Shown here in pieces: positions 1 to 8,481 of a stretch of DNA of 64,000 nucleotides (position 1 is the stretch's first letter; the number at the start of each line of letters is the position of its first letter). This stretch comes from an uncultured delta proteobacterium (GTDB lineage Bacteria; Desulfobacterota; Desulfobacteria; Desulfobacterales; JAHEIW01): the NCBI GenBank assembly GCA_963706575.1, contig CAVPNL010000001.1:320001-384000 (forward strand), in the 5' to 3' direction. Position numbers and translations under genes: made by a program. The notes below the pieces were generated by a model. It did not search any database. It was not told where the DNA came from and was given only the letters and a program-made list of their open reading frames with translations.

Positions 1-455
1 GCTGAAGTACCGATGAATTCTTCATAGGGTCGGTATCCATCATGCGGTTTTCCGACGATAACATAATTTTGCGCTGCAATATTCTTCAGATTCGAACGGA
101 TCGGCTTAACAACGCCGGCAAACTGGTCATGAACAACCATGGCCTTGGCGTCTGAGTTGCTGACAATATATTCCACCTCTGAAGACACCAGGCGAAAATT
201 AATCGGCACGATAACGATACCGGTTTTGGCCGTGGCCAGGAACAATTCGCAGATTTCAATGCAATTTTCGAGCAATACCGCGACCTTATCACCCTTTTGC
301 AATCCCAGAGAGGTCAGGCTATTGGCCAGCTTGTTGATGCGGCTATTCATTTGCGGATAGGTAAATGACCGATTCGCATCTTTTAAAGCGACGGTATTTG
401 GAAACTTTTTTGCGTTGATTTTTTGAATCTGACCCAGATTCAGCCAAAACCCCAT
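1..455 (-). CDS. AMP-forming acyl/aryl-CoA synthetase, N-terminal part (runs off the window edge)
   Basis: Manual translation from ATG 455 (SD GGAGG): MGFWLNLGQIQKINAKKFPNTVALKD...LGLQKGDKVAVLLENCIE...IVPINFRL...EYIVSNSDAK, a typical AMP-binding enzyme N-terminus. Not in the ORF track because there is no stop in the window. Confidence 0.85.
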   Translation of the reverse strand, partial: MGFWLNLGQIQKINAKKFPNTVALKDANRSFTYPQMNSRINKLANSLTSLGLQKGDKVAVLLENCIEICELFLATAKTGIVIVPINFRLVSSEVEYIVSNSDAKAMVVHDQFAGVVKPIRSNLKNIAAQNYVIVGKPHDGYRPYEEFIGTS

Positions 456-537
456 ACCTGCACCTCCATGGAAATTAATTGTCATATCATCATAAACAAT
501 CACCGGGATTGTTGATTTTGTGTGTGTTAATGTTACC

Positions 538-636
538 GGAATAATGGAATGGTGGAATGCTGGAATGATGGGCGACCAGGTTGATTTGATGTTTTATTTA
601 ACCCAATATTCCATTATTCCAATATTCCATCATTCC
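538..636. repeat. Intergenic tandem-repeat hairpin, 8-mer GGAATNNT x4 with inverted copy
   Basis: GGAATAAT GGAATGGT GGAATGCT GGAATGAT GGG ... CCC AATATTCC ATTATTCC AATATTCC ATCATTCC. Confidence 0.85.
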
Positions 637-709
637 TTATACAATTACCACGATATTGATTGTAAGAAATATAAGCGTTTCTAAGTTTGTGATTGGCTTG
701 AACAAGTGA

Positions 710-1960
710 TCAATTCTGGTTTTCCTCCAGTTGCTCAATAAAAGCCTCAACATTTGTGTTGGTCTGCTCGTCGGAAACCAGCCGCAAATCATTGAGATCG
801 GCGTTAAGGATTAAACTGGGTATGCCGGTCTGCTGTTCCAGGCGTTGCGGCATGCCGTAACGGCAATTGGTATTATTGGGGCAGGTTTTGGCATCGTGAT
901 ATACGATGCCGTCCACCTTGAACAATTCAAGCATGTTTTTGATGTAGGTTTCCTTTTCATCATCAGAACGCACGATAAACAGCTCCAGGTATGCCCTGGC
1001 CATACTGTTGAAGGGATCATTCTCGTCCAGGGCCGAAAAGATCCAGCTGTTGCAGTAGGTCGAAGCCAAAACGCTGGCCTGCAGGCTCGAGAACAGTTCG
1101 GCATGGGCGCGCAGGCGGCCCCATACCGGCATGCCGTCCCAGTAGAGCCTGAAACGCTCATCCCCGATAGCGCCTTCCCTTTTTTTGATACGGATCTTTA
1201 ATTCAGCCAGCAAAATTTTATAGACATCAACTGCCTTTTGTGTTCCCCTGCCTACCACTGCCGGGCCCATAAGCGTGGTGCCGTCAAAAAAAGTGAGCGG
1301 AGACGGCCTGGCAGCTGCGGTTTCGAGCACTTTTCGCCACAGTTCGGAACAGGCCCTGGACAGAGCGACAACCTGTTTTAATTCATCAAGGTTAAACTGC
1401 CGGCCGGATATTTTCTCCAATGGTTCAATCAGACCCTGCATTTGTTTGGCGATTGAAGCGACATGGGCTTCGGTTACCTTGCCGACATTTCGGTGGGTAT
1501 AGATACCCAGCACGGGGGCATCGAACTTTTTGCCGTACCAGGAAAACCAGTCCTGCACATCGCGGCATTGATTCGTGTTGAAAACCAGCACATCGGGTTT
1601 TGGAATGTCTTCGATTCCTTTGTAAACCTTGCTCAGAGGGGTCACCCCCTTCAAGAAGGCGCCGATATCAGCGGTAAGGTAAGAGCAGATATCCGGCGAG
1701 TATCCTAAAGCATTGGCTTCAGGGATCAGCTCGGTGGACATGCGTGTGGCGCCCAGCATGGCGGCATGGGTTTCCGGAAAGTACACCAGGAAGCCAAGGG
1801 CCCTGAGGATTTCCGCCGGCCCTACGCTGGTGCACCATGCAATCTTCGGGTTGCCTTTTTTTGAAGCCGCGTCCAATTCGTGATAGTAATCCGCCATAAA
1901 GCGGCTGGTTTCAGACCCAGCTTTTAATTTTTTTCTGACAGGTTTTTTTTCATCGGACAT
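710..1960 (-). CDS. 2-hydroxyacyl-CoA dehydratase family / class I benzoyl-CoA reductase CoA-ester-binding subunit (HgdA/BcrB/BzdO-like)
   Basis: Motifs GYSPDICSY, NQC and KTCPNN carry conserved Fe-S cysteines; C-terminal TNVEAFIE; adjacent to an activase. Start placed at MSDEKK (1960). Confidence 0.8.
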   Translation of the reverse strand: MSDEKKPVRKKLKAGSETSRFMADYYHELDAASKKGNPKIAWCTSVGPAEILRALGFLVYFPETHAAMLGATRMSTELIPEANALGYSPDICSYLTADIGAFLKGVTPLSKVYKGIEDIPKPDVLVFNTNQCRDVQDWFSWYGKKFDAPVLGIYTHRNVGKVTEAHVASIAKQMQGLIEPLEKISGRQFNLDELKQVVALSRACSELWRKVLETAAARPSPLTFFDGTTLMGPAVVGRGTQKAVDVYKILLAELKIRIKKREGAIGDERFRLYWDGMPVWGRLRAHAELFSSLQASVLASTYCNSWIFSALDENDPFNSMARAYLELFIVRSDDEKETYIKNMLELFKVDGIVYHDAKTCPNNTNCRYGMPQRLEQQTGIPSLILNADLNDLRLVSDEQTNTNVEAFIEQLEENQN

Positions 1961-2001
1961 AACATGTCCCCACATTTTCGGGCTTTCCTCTATCCAATTC
2001 A

Positions 2002-2119
2002 AGGTGTCAGGTGGGTCTCGAGGACGAGTACGAGTGCGAGGACGAAATTTTATTCCCTCACTTTACTCGTCCTCGTCCTCGTGCTCGTACTCGGATTCTG
2101 TCTAATACACCTGATACCT
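2002..2119. repeat. Nested hairpin: outer AGGTGTCAGGTG/CACCTGATACCT, inner 6-mer CGAGNN arrays
   Basis: cgaggacgagtacgagtgcgaggacga ... tactcgtcctcgtcctcgtgctcgtactcg. Confidence 0.8.
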
Positions 2120-2131
2120 AAAAGGTTAGGG

Positions 2132-2908
2132 CTAATTTTGCATCGCATACAAAGCCGCGCCGATGGCCCCGGTGAGCTGGGGATAATCCGGCACGAGGAT
2201 TTCTCTGTTAATCATTTCCGCGGTCATTTTGACCATAAACGGGTTGTGGGCCACCACACCGCCGGTCATAACGACTTTTTCCGTTAAGGCATCCATCTCT
2301 AAAACGCGTTTTATCATCGAATAGAAAACCCCTTTGACGATGTCGGGCAAGTTCTTTCCCTGGCGGATGTTTTCCAGAACCTCGGTTGCCGAAAAGACCG
2401 TACAGAAGCTTCCCAGTTTGACCATATTTTCGGATTGACTGGCCAGCCGGTCCATCTCGTCGAGCGAAACATCCAGCCGCATGGCCATTTCTTCCAGAAA
2501 GGCACCGGTACCGGCGGCACACTTGCGATTCATTTTAAATCCGGTGCGTTTGCCAGACGGATCGATTTTAATGATTTTGTTGTCCTGTCCACCGATGTCA
2601 ATAATGGTGGCTGCAATGGGAAAATAGTAATAACATCCCTTGGCGTGGCATCCGATTTCCGTTTTCGTATCCCGGGCAAATGATACGTTCTTGCGGCCAT
2701 AACCGCTTGCGACGGTGTTTTCAATGTCGCTTTTTTGGGTGCCGGCCATTTTTAAAGCCGAGGTGAGGCAGGTGTCGGCGGTGGCCGCAAAATCGGTGCC
2801 CGATTTTTTGACTGCATAACCGATTAGGTTTTTATTGCCGTCGAGGATGGCGACTTTTGTGCGTGATGCCCCGACATCGACACCCGCATAGGTTGCTTTA
2901 GAAACCAT
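2132..2908 (-). CDS. ATP-dependent acyl-CoA dehydratase activase / BcrA-BadF-BzdQ-type ASKHA ATPase
   Basis: GVDVGASRTK, SGYGR, DIGGQDNK, MNRKCAAGTG, CTVFS, TGGVV and GAIGAAL motifs. Confidence 0.92.
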   Translation of the reverse strand: MVSKATYAGVDVGASRTKVAILDGNKNLIGYAVKKSGTDFAATADTCLTSALKMAGTQKSDIENTVASGYGRKNVSFARDTKTEIGCHAKGCYYYFPIAATIIDIGGQDNKIIKIDPSGKRTGFKMNRKCAAGTGAFLEEMAMRLDVSLDEMDRLASQSENMVKLGSFCTVFSATEVLENIRQGKNLPDIVKGVFYSMIKRVLEMDALTEKVVMTGGVVAHNPFMVKMTAEMINREILVPDYPQLTGAIGAALYAMQN

Positions 2909-2913
2909 ATCTG

Positions 2914-3858
2914 CTATTTTGACTCTAATCCTTTTACCAGGGCGCTCAGGGTGTGGTTATACGGCGTCTGCGTCCCGGTGCGGGCACCGTATTCTACAAA
3001 TTTGCCGTTGATAAAATCAATTTCCGTGCGCCGTTTGGCCTCGATATCCATCAACATAGACGGTTTGTGGTCACCGGCGTTTCCCATATACTCCATTGCA
3101 TGGGTATAAAAATCCCAACCCAGATCAATTTCATTGGCCCGGGCGACCCGGACGCATTCTTTTACGAGGGCATCAACAATCTGAAAGACGATCGGGTCGT
3201 TCATCGCGCGTGACATCGTCAGGCCGGTAACGGCACACACCGGATTCATGCAGGCATTCATAACACTCTTGCGCCAGACCATCGATATGATGTTATCGGT
3301 GTGCTCAGTTGTCAGGTCGCATTTGCTAAGCGCATCGGCAATGGCAATCGCTGAGCGGCGGGATTGCGGATCCAGTTCCTGAATGTAATGCGGCGGATGG
3401 TGAAAGGGAATTTTGACGTGCGCCGGTCCTGCCAGTCCGCATCCGTAATTAACAACGGCACGCATTACATCCGTCCTGCCGAGTATTTTTGCCAGCTCCA
3501 GCTCGGTATCAATTCCGTTTTGCCAGCTGACAATCGCCATGCCTTCTTTGTGAAAACCCTCAATGGCGGAAGCAATCAGCGGCAGGGCATGGGCCTTGAC
3601 GGTGATAAAGATTACGTCCGGGTCATAGTCAGCCAGTTCATCAATGTGGGTGCATGTCCGGGTCACTTTGTGCTGGATATTTTCTGCGCCTTCCAGAATA
3701 ATTCCCGGGTCTAACGCCGGTGCCAACAAGTCCGGGATGACATCACAAAGGGTGACTTCATAACCGCCTTTCGCCAGAAAGCAGGCGACAATACACCCCA
3801 CCGGGCCGGCTCCGACTACGGCAAATGATTGGGGACTAAAACTGGACGCATCACTCAT
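2914..3858 (-). CDS. panE: Ketopantoate reductase (PanE/ApbA) family 2-oxoacid reductase
   Basis: GAGPVG Rossmann motif, QNGI, WRKSVMNACMNP, SMLMDIEAKRRTEIDFING. Confidence 0.8.
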   Translation of the reverse strand: MSDASSFSPQSFAVVGAGPVGCIVACFLAKGGYEVTLCDVIPDLLAPALDPGIILEGAENIQHKVTRTCTHIDELADYDPDVIFITVKAHALPLIASAIEGFHKEGMAIVSWQNGIDTELELAKILGRTDVMRAVVNYGCGLAGPAHVKIPFHHPPHYIQELDPQSRRSAIAIADALSKCDLTTEHTDNIISMVWRKSVMNACMNPVCAVTGLTMSRAMNDPIVFQIVDALVKECVRVARANEIDLGWDFYTHAMEYMGNAGDHKPSMLMDIEAKRRTEIDFINGKFVEYGARTGTQTPYNHTLSALVKGLESK

Positions 3859-3962
3859 ATTTTACCTCCCCTTTAGTCATTTTAGGCACTTTTTAAAACT
3901 GCCGAGATATTGAGTACTGCAACGCTATTGTTTTAATTGCTTGATCCTTGATTGACCGACGA

Positions 3963-5270
3963 CTATCTTTCCTGTTTGGGGCGTTCATCTATGACGCGCA
4001 CGGCTTTACCTTCGCTGCGGGCAATGCTTTTCGGATCGACCAGCTCCACACCAACGCCGATTCCCATCATGCCCTTGATATGGCCTGCAATTTTTCCTTC
4101 GATTTCATGTCTTCGATCTTCACCGGCTTCATAAACTTCTTTTTTGCCTTCCACCTGAACGCTGAGATGATCCAGGTACCCTTTTTTGCTTACGACCATC
4201 CGATATTGCGGTTCGACTTCCTCGATTTCCAGCAGGAGCGCTTCAATTTGTGAGGGAAAGACGTTCACACCGCTGATAATGAGCATGTCGTCCGAGCGGC
4301 CGTAGATTTTGTCCATCCGCATAAAGGTCCGGCCCTCATATCCGGGTTCGCGCCACAGGCGCGTAATGTCTTTGGTGCGATAGCGAATCATCGGCATGGC
4401 GCGGCGTTGCAAAGAAGTGAAAATCAATTCTCCCTTTTCTCCTTCCGGCAGGGGCTCCAATGTCTGCGGGTCTACGACTTCCGCCAGAAAAAAATCTTCA
4501 TTGATGTAAAGGCCGTTTTGATCAGCGGCGTCATATGCCACACCGGGTCCACACAACTCGGTTAATCCATACGCTTCCTGGGCTTTTATTCCCATACGTT
4601 CTTCGATCTCCTGGCGCATGCCCGCTGTCCAGGGCTCGGCACCGAACACGCCGACCCGCAAGGGGAGTTTTTTTATATCAACTTTCATTTCTTCGGCGCG
4701 TTCGGCAATCGTCAGCGCATATGACGGTGTGCTGAACAGAACATCCGACTTAAAATCCTGCATGATGGTAATCTGTCGTTCGGTCATTCCGGCACCGGTC
4801 GGTACCAATGTGCAACCGATGGCAGTCGCTCCCTGATGGAACCCGAGACCACCGGTAAAAAGGCCGTGACCGTAGGCGTTTTGAACCACATCTTCTTTGC
4901 GGATACCGGCCGCCCAGAGGTTGCGGGCCATGCATTCAATCCATTGTTCCAAATCCTCGGCGGTATAAGGGCCGGTAATCGGTTTGCCGGTCGTACCCGA
5001 AGACGCATGAATCCGGACCACTTCTTCTAAAGGCACGGCGCACAGGCCGAAGGGATAATTGTCCCTGAGATCATTTTTGACGGTAAACGGGAGCTTGGCG
5101 ACATCTTCCAGGCTTTTGAGATCCCCGGCTTTAACACCCATTTCTTTGAATTTATTTTTATAGAACGGCACCTTCTTAGAAACCCAATCGACGGTTTCTT
5201 TCAATTTCTCCAACTGAAAATTTTTGAGTTCTTCCACCGGCATACATTCAAATTTATCGTTCCAGGGCAT
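3963..5270 (-). CDS. paaK: Phenylacetate-CoA ligase
   Basis: RIHASSGTTGKP, YGLTELCGPG, GRSDDMLIISGVNVFPSQIE, RSEGKAVRVID. Confidence 0.9.
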   Translation of the reverse strand: MPWNDKFECMPVEELKNFQLEKLKETVDWVSKKVPFYKNKFKEMGVKAGDLKSLEDVAKLPFTVKNDLRDNYPFGLCAVPLEEVVRIHASSGTTGKPITGPYTAEDLEQWIECMARNLWAAGIRKEDVVQNAYGHGLFTGGLGFHQGATAIGCTLVPTGAGMTERQITIMQDFKSDVLFSTPSYALTIAERAEEMKVDIKKLPLRVGVFGAEPWTAGMRQEIEERMGIKAQEAYGLTELCGPGVAYDAADQNGLYINEDFFLAEVVDPQTLEPLPEGEKGELIFTSLQRRAMPMIRYRTKDITRLWREPGYEGRTFMRMDKIYGRSDDMLIISGVNVFPSQIEALLLEIEEVEPQYRMVVSKKGYLDHLSVQVEGKKEVYEAGEDRRHEIEGKIAGHIKGMMGIGVGVELVDPKSIARSEGKAVRVIDERPKQER

Positions 5271-5316
5271 GATCTTCCTCCTTTTGAATTACAAATTGTT
5301 TATAATCACCATAAAA

Positions 5317-5913
5317 TTATGCGGCCTTGGCGGCGGCTTCAAAGCCCAGTTCAAAGGCCTTGATATTGATATCGACAAAGGCCTTTTTGGTGGATGTCCG
5401 AATGGCTTCTTTGACGTCGTCAGCCGTTACCGGCATAATTCCGGTTTGAATCAACGAACCCAGTAACACCATATTCAAAGACATGATATTGCCGGCCTGT
5501 TTTGCCAGTGTCTGGGCATCGAAAGCGATCAGCCTGGCGGTTTTATTGCGGATCAGCTCCTGAAGCTCCTGTAAATCCGGATAAGTTCCTTTACCGATGG
5601 CTACCGTAAACGGCGGCAGCGGTGCCGTATTGGTGATCACTATGGTATCGGCATTGCATTTGTTTAAAGCGCGCAACGTTTCCGAAGGCTCAAAGCCCAG
5701 CAGCACGTCCGCCTCAGCATCTGAAATAATCGTGCTGTCGGCATCGCCAAAAACCACTGCGGATTCAACCACACCGCCCCTCTGGGCCATTCCATGAATT
5801 TCACTCATGCGCACCGGGATATCGGCCAGCAGCGCCGCCTCGCCCAGTACTTTGGAGGCCAGCAGGTTTCCCTGTCCCCCAACGGCTACGATGATCAGTC
5901 TTTTTGTTTCCAT
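5317..5913 (-). CDS. iorB: Indolepyruvate/arylpyruvate:ferredoxin oxidoreductase beta subunit
   Basis: VGGQGNLLAS and SEIHGMAQRGGVV motifs; downstream of iorA. Confidence 0.92.
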   Translation of the reverse strand: METKRLIIVAVGGQGNLLASKVLGEAALLADIPVRMSEIHGMAQRGGVVESAVVFGDADSTIISDAEADVLLGFEPSETLRALNKCNADTIVITNTAPLPPFTVAIGKGTYPDLQELQELIRNKTARLIAFDAQTLAKQAGNIMSLNMVLLGSLIQTGIMPVTADDVKEAIRTSTKKAFVDINIKAFELGFEAAAKAA

Positions 5914-5993
5914 AAATCGATTCCTAAATTTTCAGTTAGTCGGATTAAAACTCGTGGTCGTTTTCTCTTTTAGTTTAGCTTTTAAAATTCAAA

Positions 5994-6142
5994 TTGGAGT
6001 AATGGCGTATGTATAATTTCGGAATGCAGATTTCGGATTTCGGATTGTAAATATGTTGATCTTCTAATTTTTTAATCTGCAATCCGCAATCTAAAATCCG
6101 CAATTTATTTTATTCCATTACTCCAATATTCCAGCACTCCAA
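5994..6142. repeat. Nested tandem-repeat hairpin: 7-mer ATTTCGG/AATCCGC arrays inside an 8-mer GGAGTAAT/ATTACTCC pair
   Basis: atttcgg aatgcag atttcgg atttcgg attg ... aatctgc aatccgc aatctaa aatccgc aat; outer ttggagtaatgg / ccattactccaatattccagcactccaa. Confidence 0.8.
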
Positions 6143-8017
6143 TTAAGGTTTTGCCTTTGTCTTTTCTTTTGAGCGCACCGGAACGATTGCCTTTTCCGGG
6201 CAAATCTGGGCACAAACCGCACAGCCTGTACAAAGGTCCGCATTGATGTAAACTTTTTCGCCTTCGGTGTAGAAAGCCGGACAGGCAAGCTCATTGACAC
6301 AATCTCGGTGGTTTTTGCATTTGTCGCTGATATAAAAAGGTTTGCCGCGGCCCTTTTTCAGACTCTGGGCATAAAGGGTACAGGCTTCTTTGGAGATGAT
6401 TACGGATACGCCTTTAAAATTGATGGCTTCCTTTAAAGCCTCGATGCTTTTGTTCACCCGAAAGGGTTTGATCACTGTCACATGCGGCACGCCGATAGCC
6501 CGAACCACTTTTTCGATCGATACCCGGCCATAGCCGGTCAGATTAAAATCTCCCATATCAACACCCGGATTGGGTTGATGCCCGGTCATGGCGGTGGTGC
6601 TGTTGTCCAAAACCACCAGGGTAAAATCATGGTTATTAAAAACAGCGTTTACCAGACCGGGGATGCCGGAGTGGAAAAAAGTCGAATCGCCGATAAAGGA
6701 AATAACCTTTTTGTCAGTGGCAGTTGAAAAACCACATCCCGTGCCGACTGAGGACCCCATGCACAGGAGAAAATCCGCTGTTGAAAGCGGCGGCAGAACA
6801 CCGAGAGTATAACACCCGATGTCGGTGGGATAAATGGTGTCCAGGCCTTCGGCCGCTTTTTTAACGGCATAATACGTGGCGCGATGGGAGCAGCCGGCGC
6901 ACAGGTTGGGCGGTCGTTGTGGCACCTCCGGAACATCGGAAATATCCATTTTAGCGCTGGGTGTATACGGCACTTCGAAAAACTTGGCGATATTTTCTCT
7001 TACCTGGGCGGGGTCGAACTCGTAAAGGCGTGTGAACAGGTCTTTGGCTTTTCCGCGGATCGGCAGGGTTAAACTTTCTTCCTGGGCAAAGGCCTTGATC
7101 TGTTCCTCCATATAGGGTTCACCTTCCTCAATAACCAGCACTTTGTCACATGCTTTCAAAAAGGTCTTAATTAATTTTTCGGGCATAGGGTACGAAAAGC
7201 CCAATCGAAGTACGCGGACGCGATCGGCGATATTTAATTCTTTGATGCCATCCAACGCATAGTTGTAGCTGACACCATTGCAAACGATGCCCCATTTTCC
7301 ATCGCCCTTAATGAAATTAAAGGGTGAATCTTCTGAAAATTCTAAAGCCTTTTCGATGTTTTCCAGCAGCTTAACATGTAATTTTCTGGAAACAGCCGGT
7401 ACCGTGACCAGATTAAAGGGGTCTTTGATAAAGTCGCCTTTGGTTTTGGGCGCTTTTATTTCTCCCAGGGTGACAATCGCACTGGAGTGGTTGATGCGGG
7501 TGGTTGTGCGAAACAGAACCGGTTCCTGCAGTTTTTCGGAAATCTCAAAAGCATAGCCCACCATATCTTTGGCTTCTTCAACCGAAGAGGGTTCTACCAT
7601 GGGCAATCCGGAAAGTTTGGCATAAAAACGGTTATCCTGCTCATTCTGGCTGGAAAACATATAAGGGTCATCGGCTGTCAGGACGACCATCCCGCCCTTG
7701 ACCCCTACATAGGCCAGGGTCATCAGCGCGTCAGCCGCTACATTGACACCCACATGTTTCATGACGCACATGCTGCGCACGCCGGAATTGGCCGCCGCCG
7801 CCGCCACTTCCATGGCAACTTTTTCATTGGTGCTGTATTCAAAATAAAGATCGCTTTCCCGGGAAGTCTGAAAAAACTGTAAGGAAATTTCAGAAGAGGG
7901 TGTGCCGGGATAGGTGCTGGCAACCGCAACACCCGCTTCGATGGCTCCTCTGGCAATGGCCTCATTACCCAAAAGCAGCATTTTTTGACCTGGGTTTTCG
8001 GTAAGTAATTTGTGCAT
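6143..8017 (-). CDS. iorA: Indolepyruvate/arylpyruvate:ferredoxin oxidoreductase alpha subunit
   Basis: LLGNEAIARGA, YPGTPSSE, NEKVAME, CAGCSHR, DIGCY, GDSTFFHSG (TPP), C-terminal ferredoxin CTGCAVCAQICP. Confidence 0.95.
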   Translation of the reverse strand: MHKLLTENPGQKMLLLGNEAIARGAIEAGVAVASTYPGTPSSEISLQFFQTSRESDLYFEYSTNEKVAMEVAAAAANSGVRSMCVMKHVGVNVAADALMTLAYVGVKGGMVVLTADDPYMFSSQNEQDNRFYAKLSGLPMVEPSSVEEAKDMVGYAFEISEKLQEPVLFRTTTRINHSSAIVTLGEIKAPKTKGDFIKDPFNLVTVPAVSRKLHVKLLENIEKALEFSEDSPFNFIKGDGKWGIVCNGVSYNYALDGIKELNIADRVRVLRLGFSYPMPEKLIKTFLKACDKVLVIEEGEPYMEEQIKAFAQEESLTLPIRGKAKDLFTRLYEFDPAQVRENIAKFFEVPYTPSAKMDISDVPEVPQRPPNLCAGCSHRATYYAVKKAAEGLDTIYPTDIGCYTLGVLPPLSTADFLLCMGSSVGTGCGFSTATDKKVISFIGDSTFFHSGIPGLVNAVFNNHDFTLVVLDNSTTAMTGHQPNPGVDMGDFNLTGYGRVSIEKVVRAIGVPHVTVIKPFRVNKSIEALKEAINFKGVSVIISKEACTLYAQSLKKGRGKPFYISDKCKNHRDCVNELACPAFYTEGEKVYINADLCTGCAVCAQICPEKAIVPVRSKEKTKAKP

Positions 8018-8170
8018 TGAATTATCCTCTTAGAGATTGTTAAATGATCGGAATATTATGGAAGTTTCAAAAGCCTATTTCGTTAACAAATTTACTTTGA
8101 ATTTGTAGCTATTTTTTGAAATTGTGTCAATTAAATGGATAAAGATTATGTTTTTGTTGAAGCTTATATT

Positions 8171-8205
8171 TAGCTACATTAAAGCTACATTGTAGTTTCT
8201 GTCAA
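8171..8205 (-). promoter_or_regulatory. Putative iorA promoter (-35 TTGACA) with palindromic operator AAGCTACATTGTAGTTT
   Basis: Minus strand reads TTGACA-gaa-ACTACAATGTAGCT-ttaa-TGTAGCTA; the same motif occurs at 14294-14310. Confidence 0.65.
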
Positions 8206-8256
8206 GCTAAAATATTGTAAATTAAGGGAAGGAAAGCCGAAAATTTGAGGAATTGT

Positions 8257-8481
8257 TTAGGCAGGCCTTTTACGCGTGTAGATCGTTTTATAAAGTTGTG
8301 GCGATACTGCCATGCAACCGGTGCAGCCCGGCTCTTCATCGGGATCAAAAGGCTCCAGATGAACCTCGAGGCCGATGTCCTTATACATGTCAGCCATTTC
8401 GGATAGCCGGGGTTCATCATAGGTGGCCTGTCTTTGCCACCCCTGATGGACCAGTTCCTCCTGGCGTGTCATGGCGATCAC
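8257..8481 (-). CDS. Small hypothetical protein with CxxC (CTGC), translationally coupled to the upstream hydratase gene
   Basis: GTG start overlaps the upstream stop (alternative ATG at 8472); protein-like composition EPRLSEMADMYKDIGLEV. Confidence 0.7.
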   Translation of the reverse strand: MIAMTRQEELVHQGWQRQATYDEPRLSEMADMYKDIGLEVHLEPFDPDEEPGCTGCMAVSPQLYKTIYTRKRPA

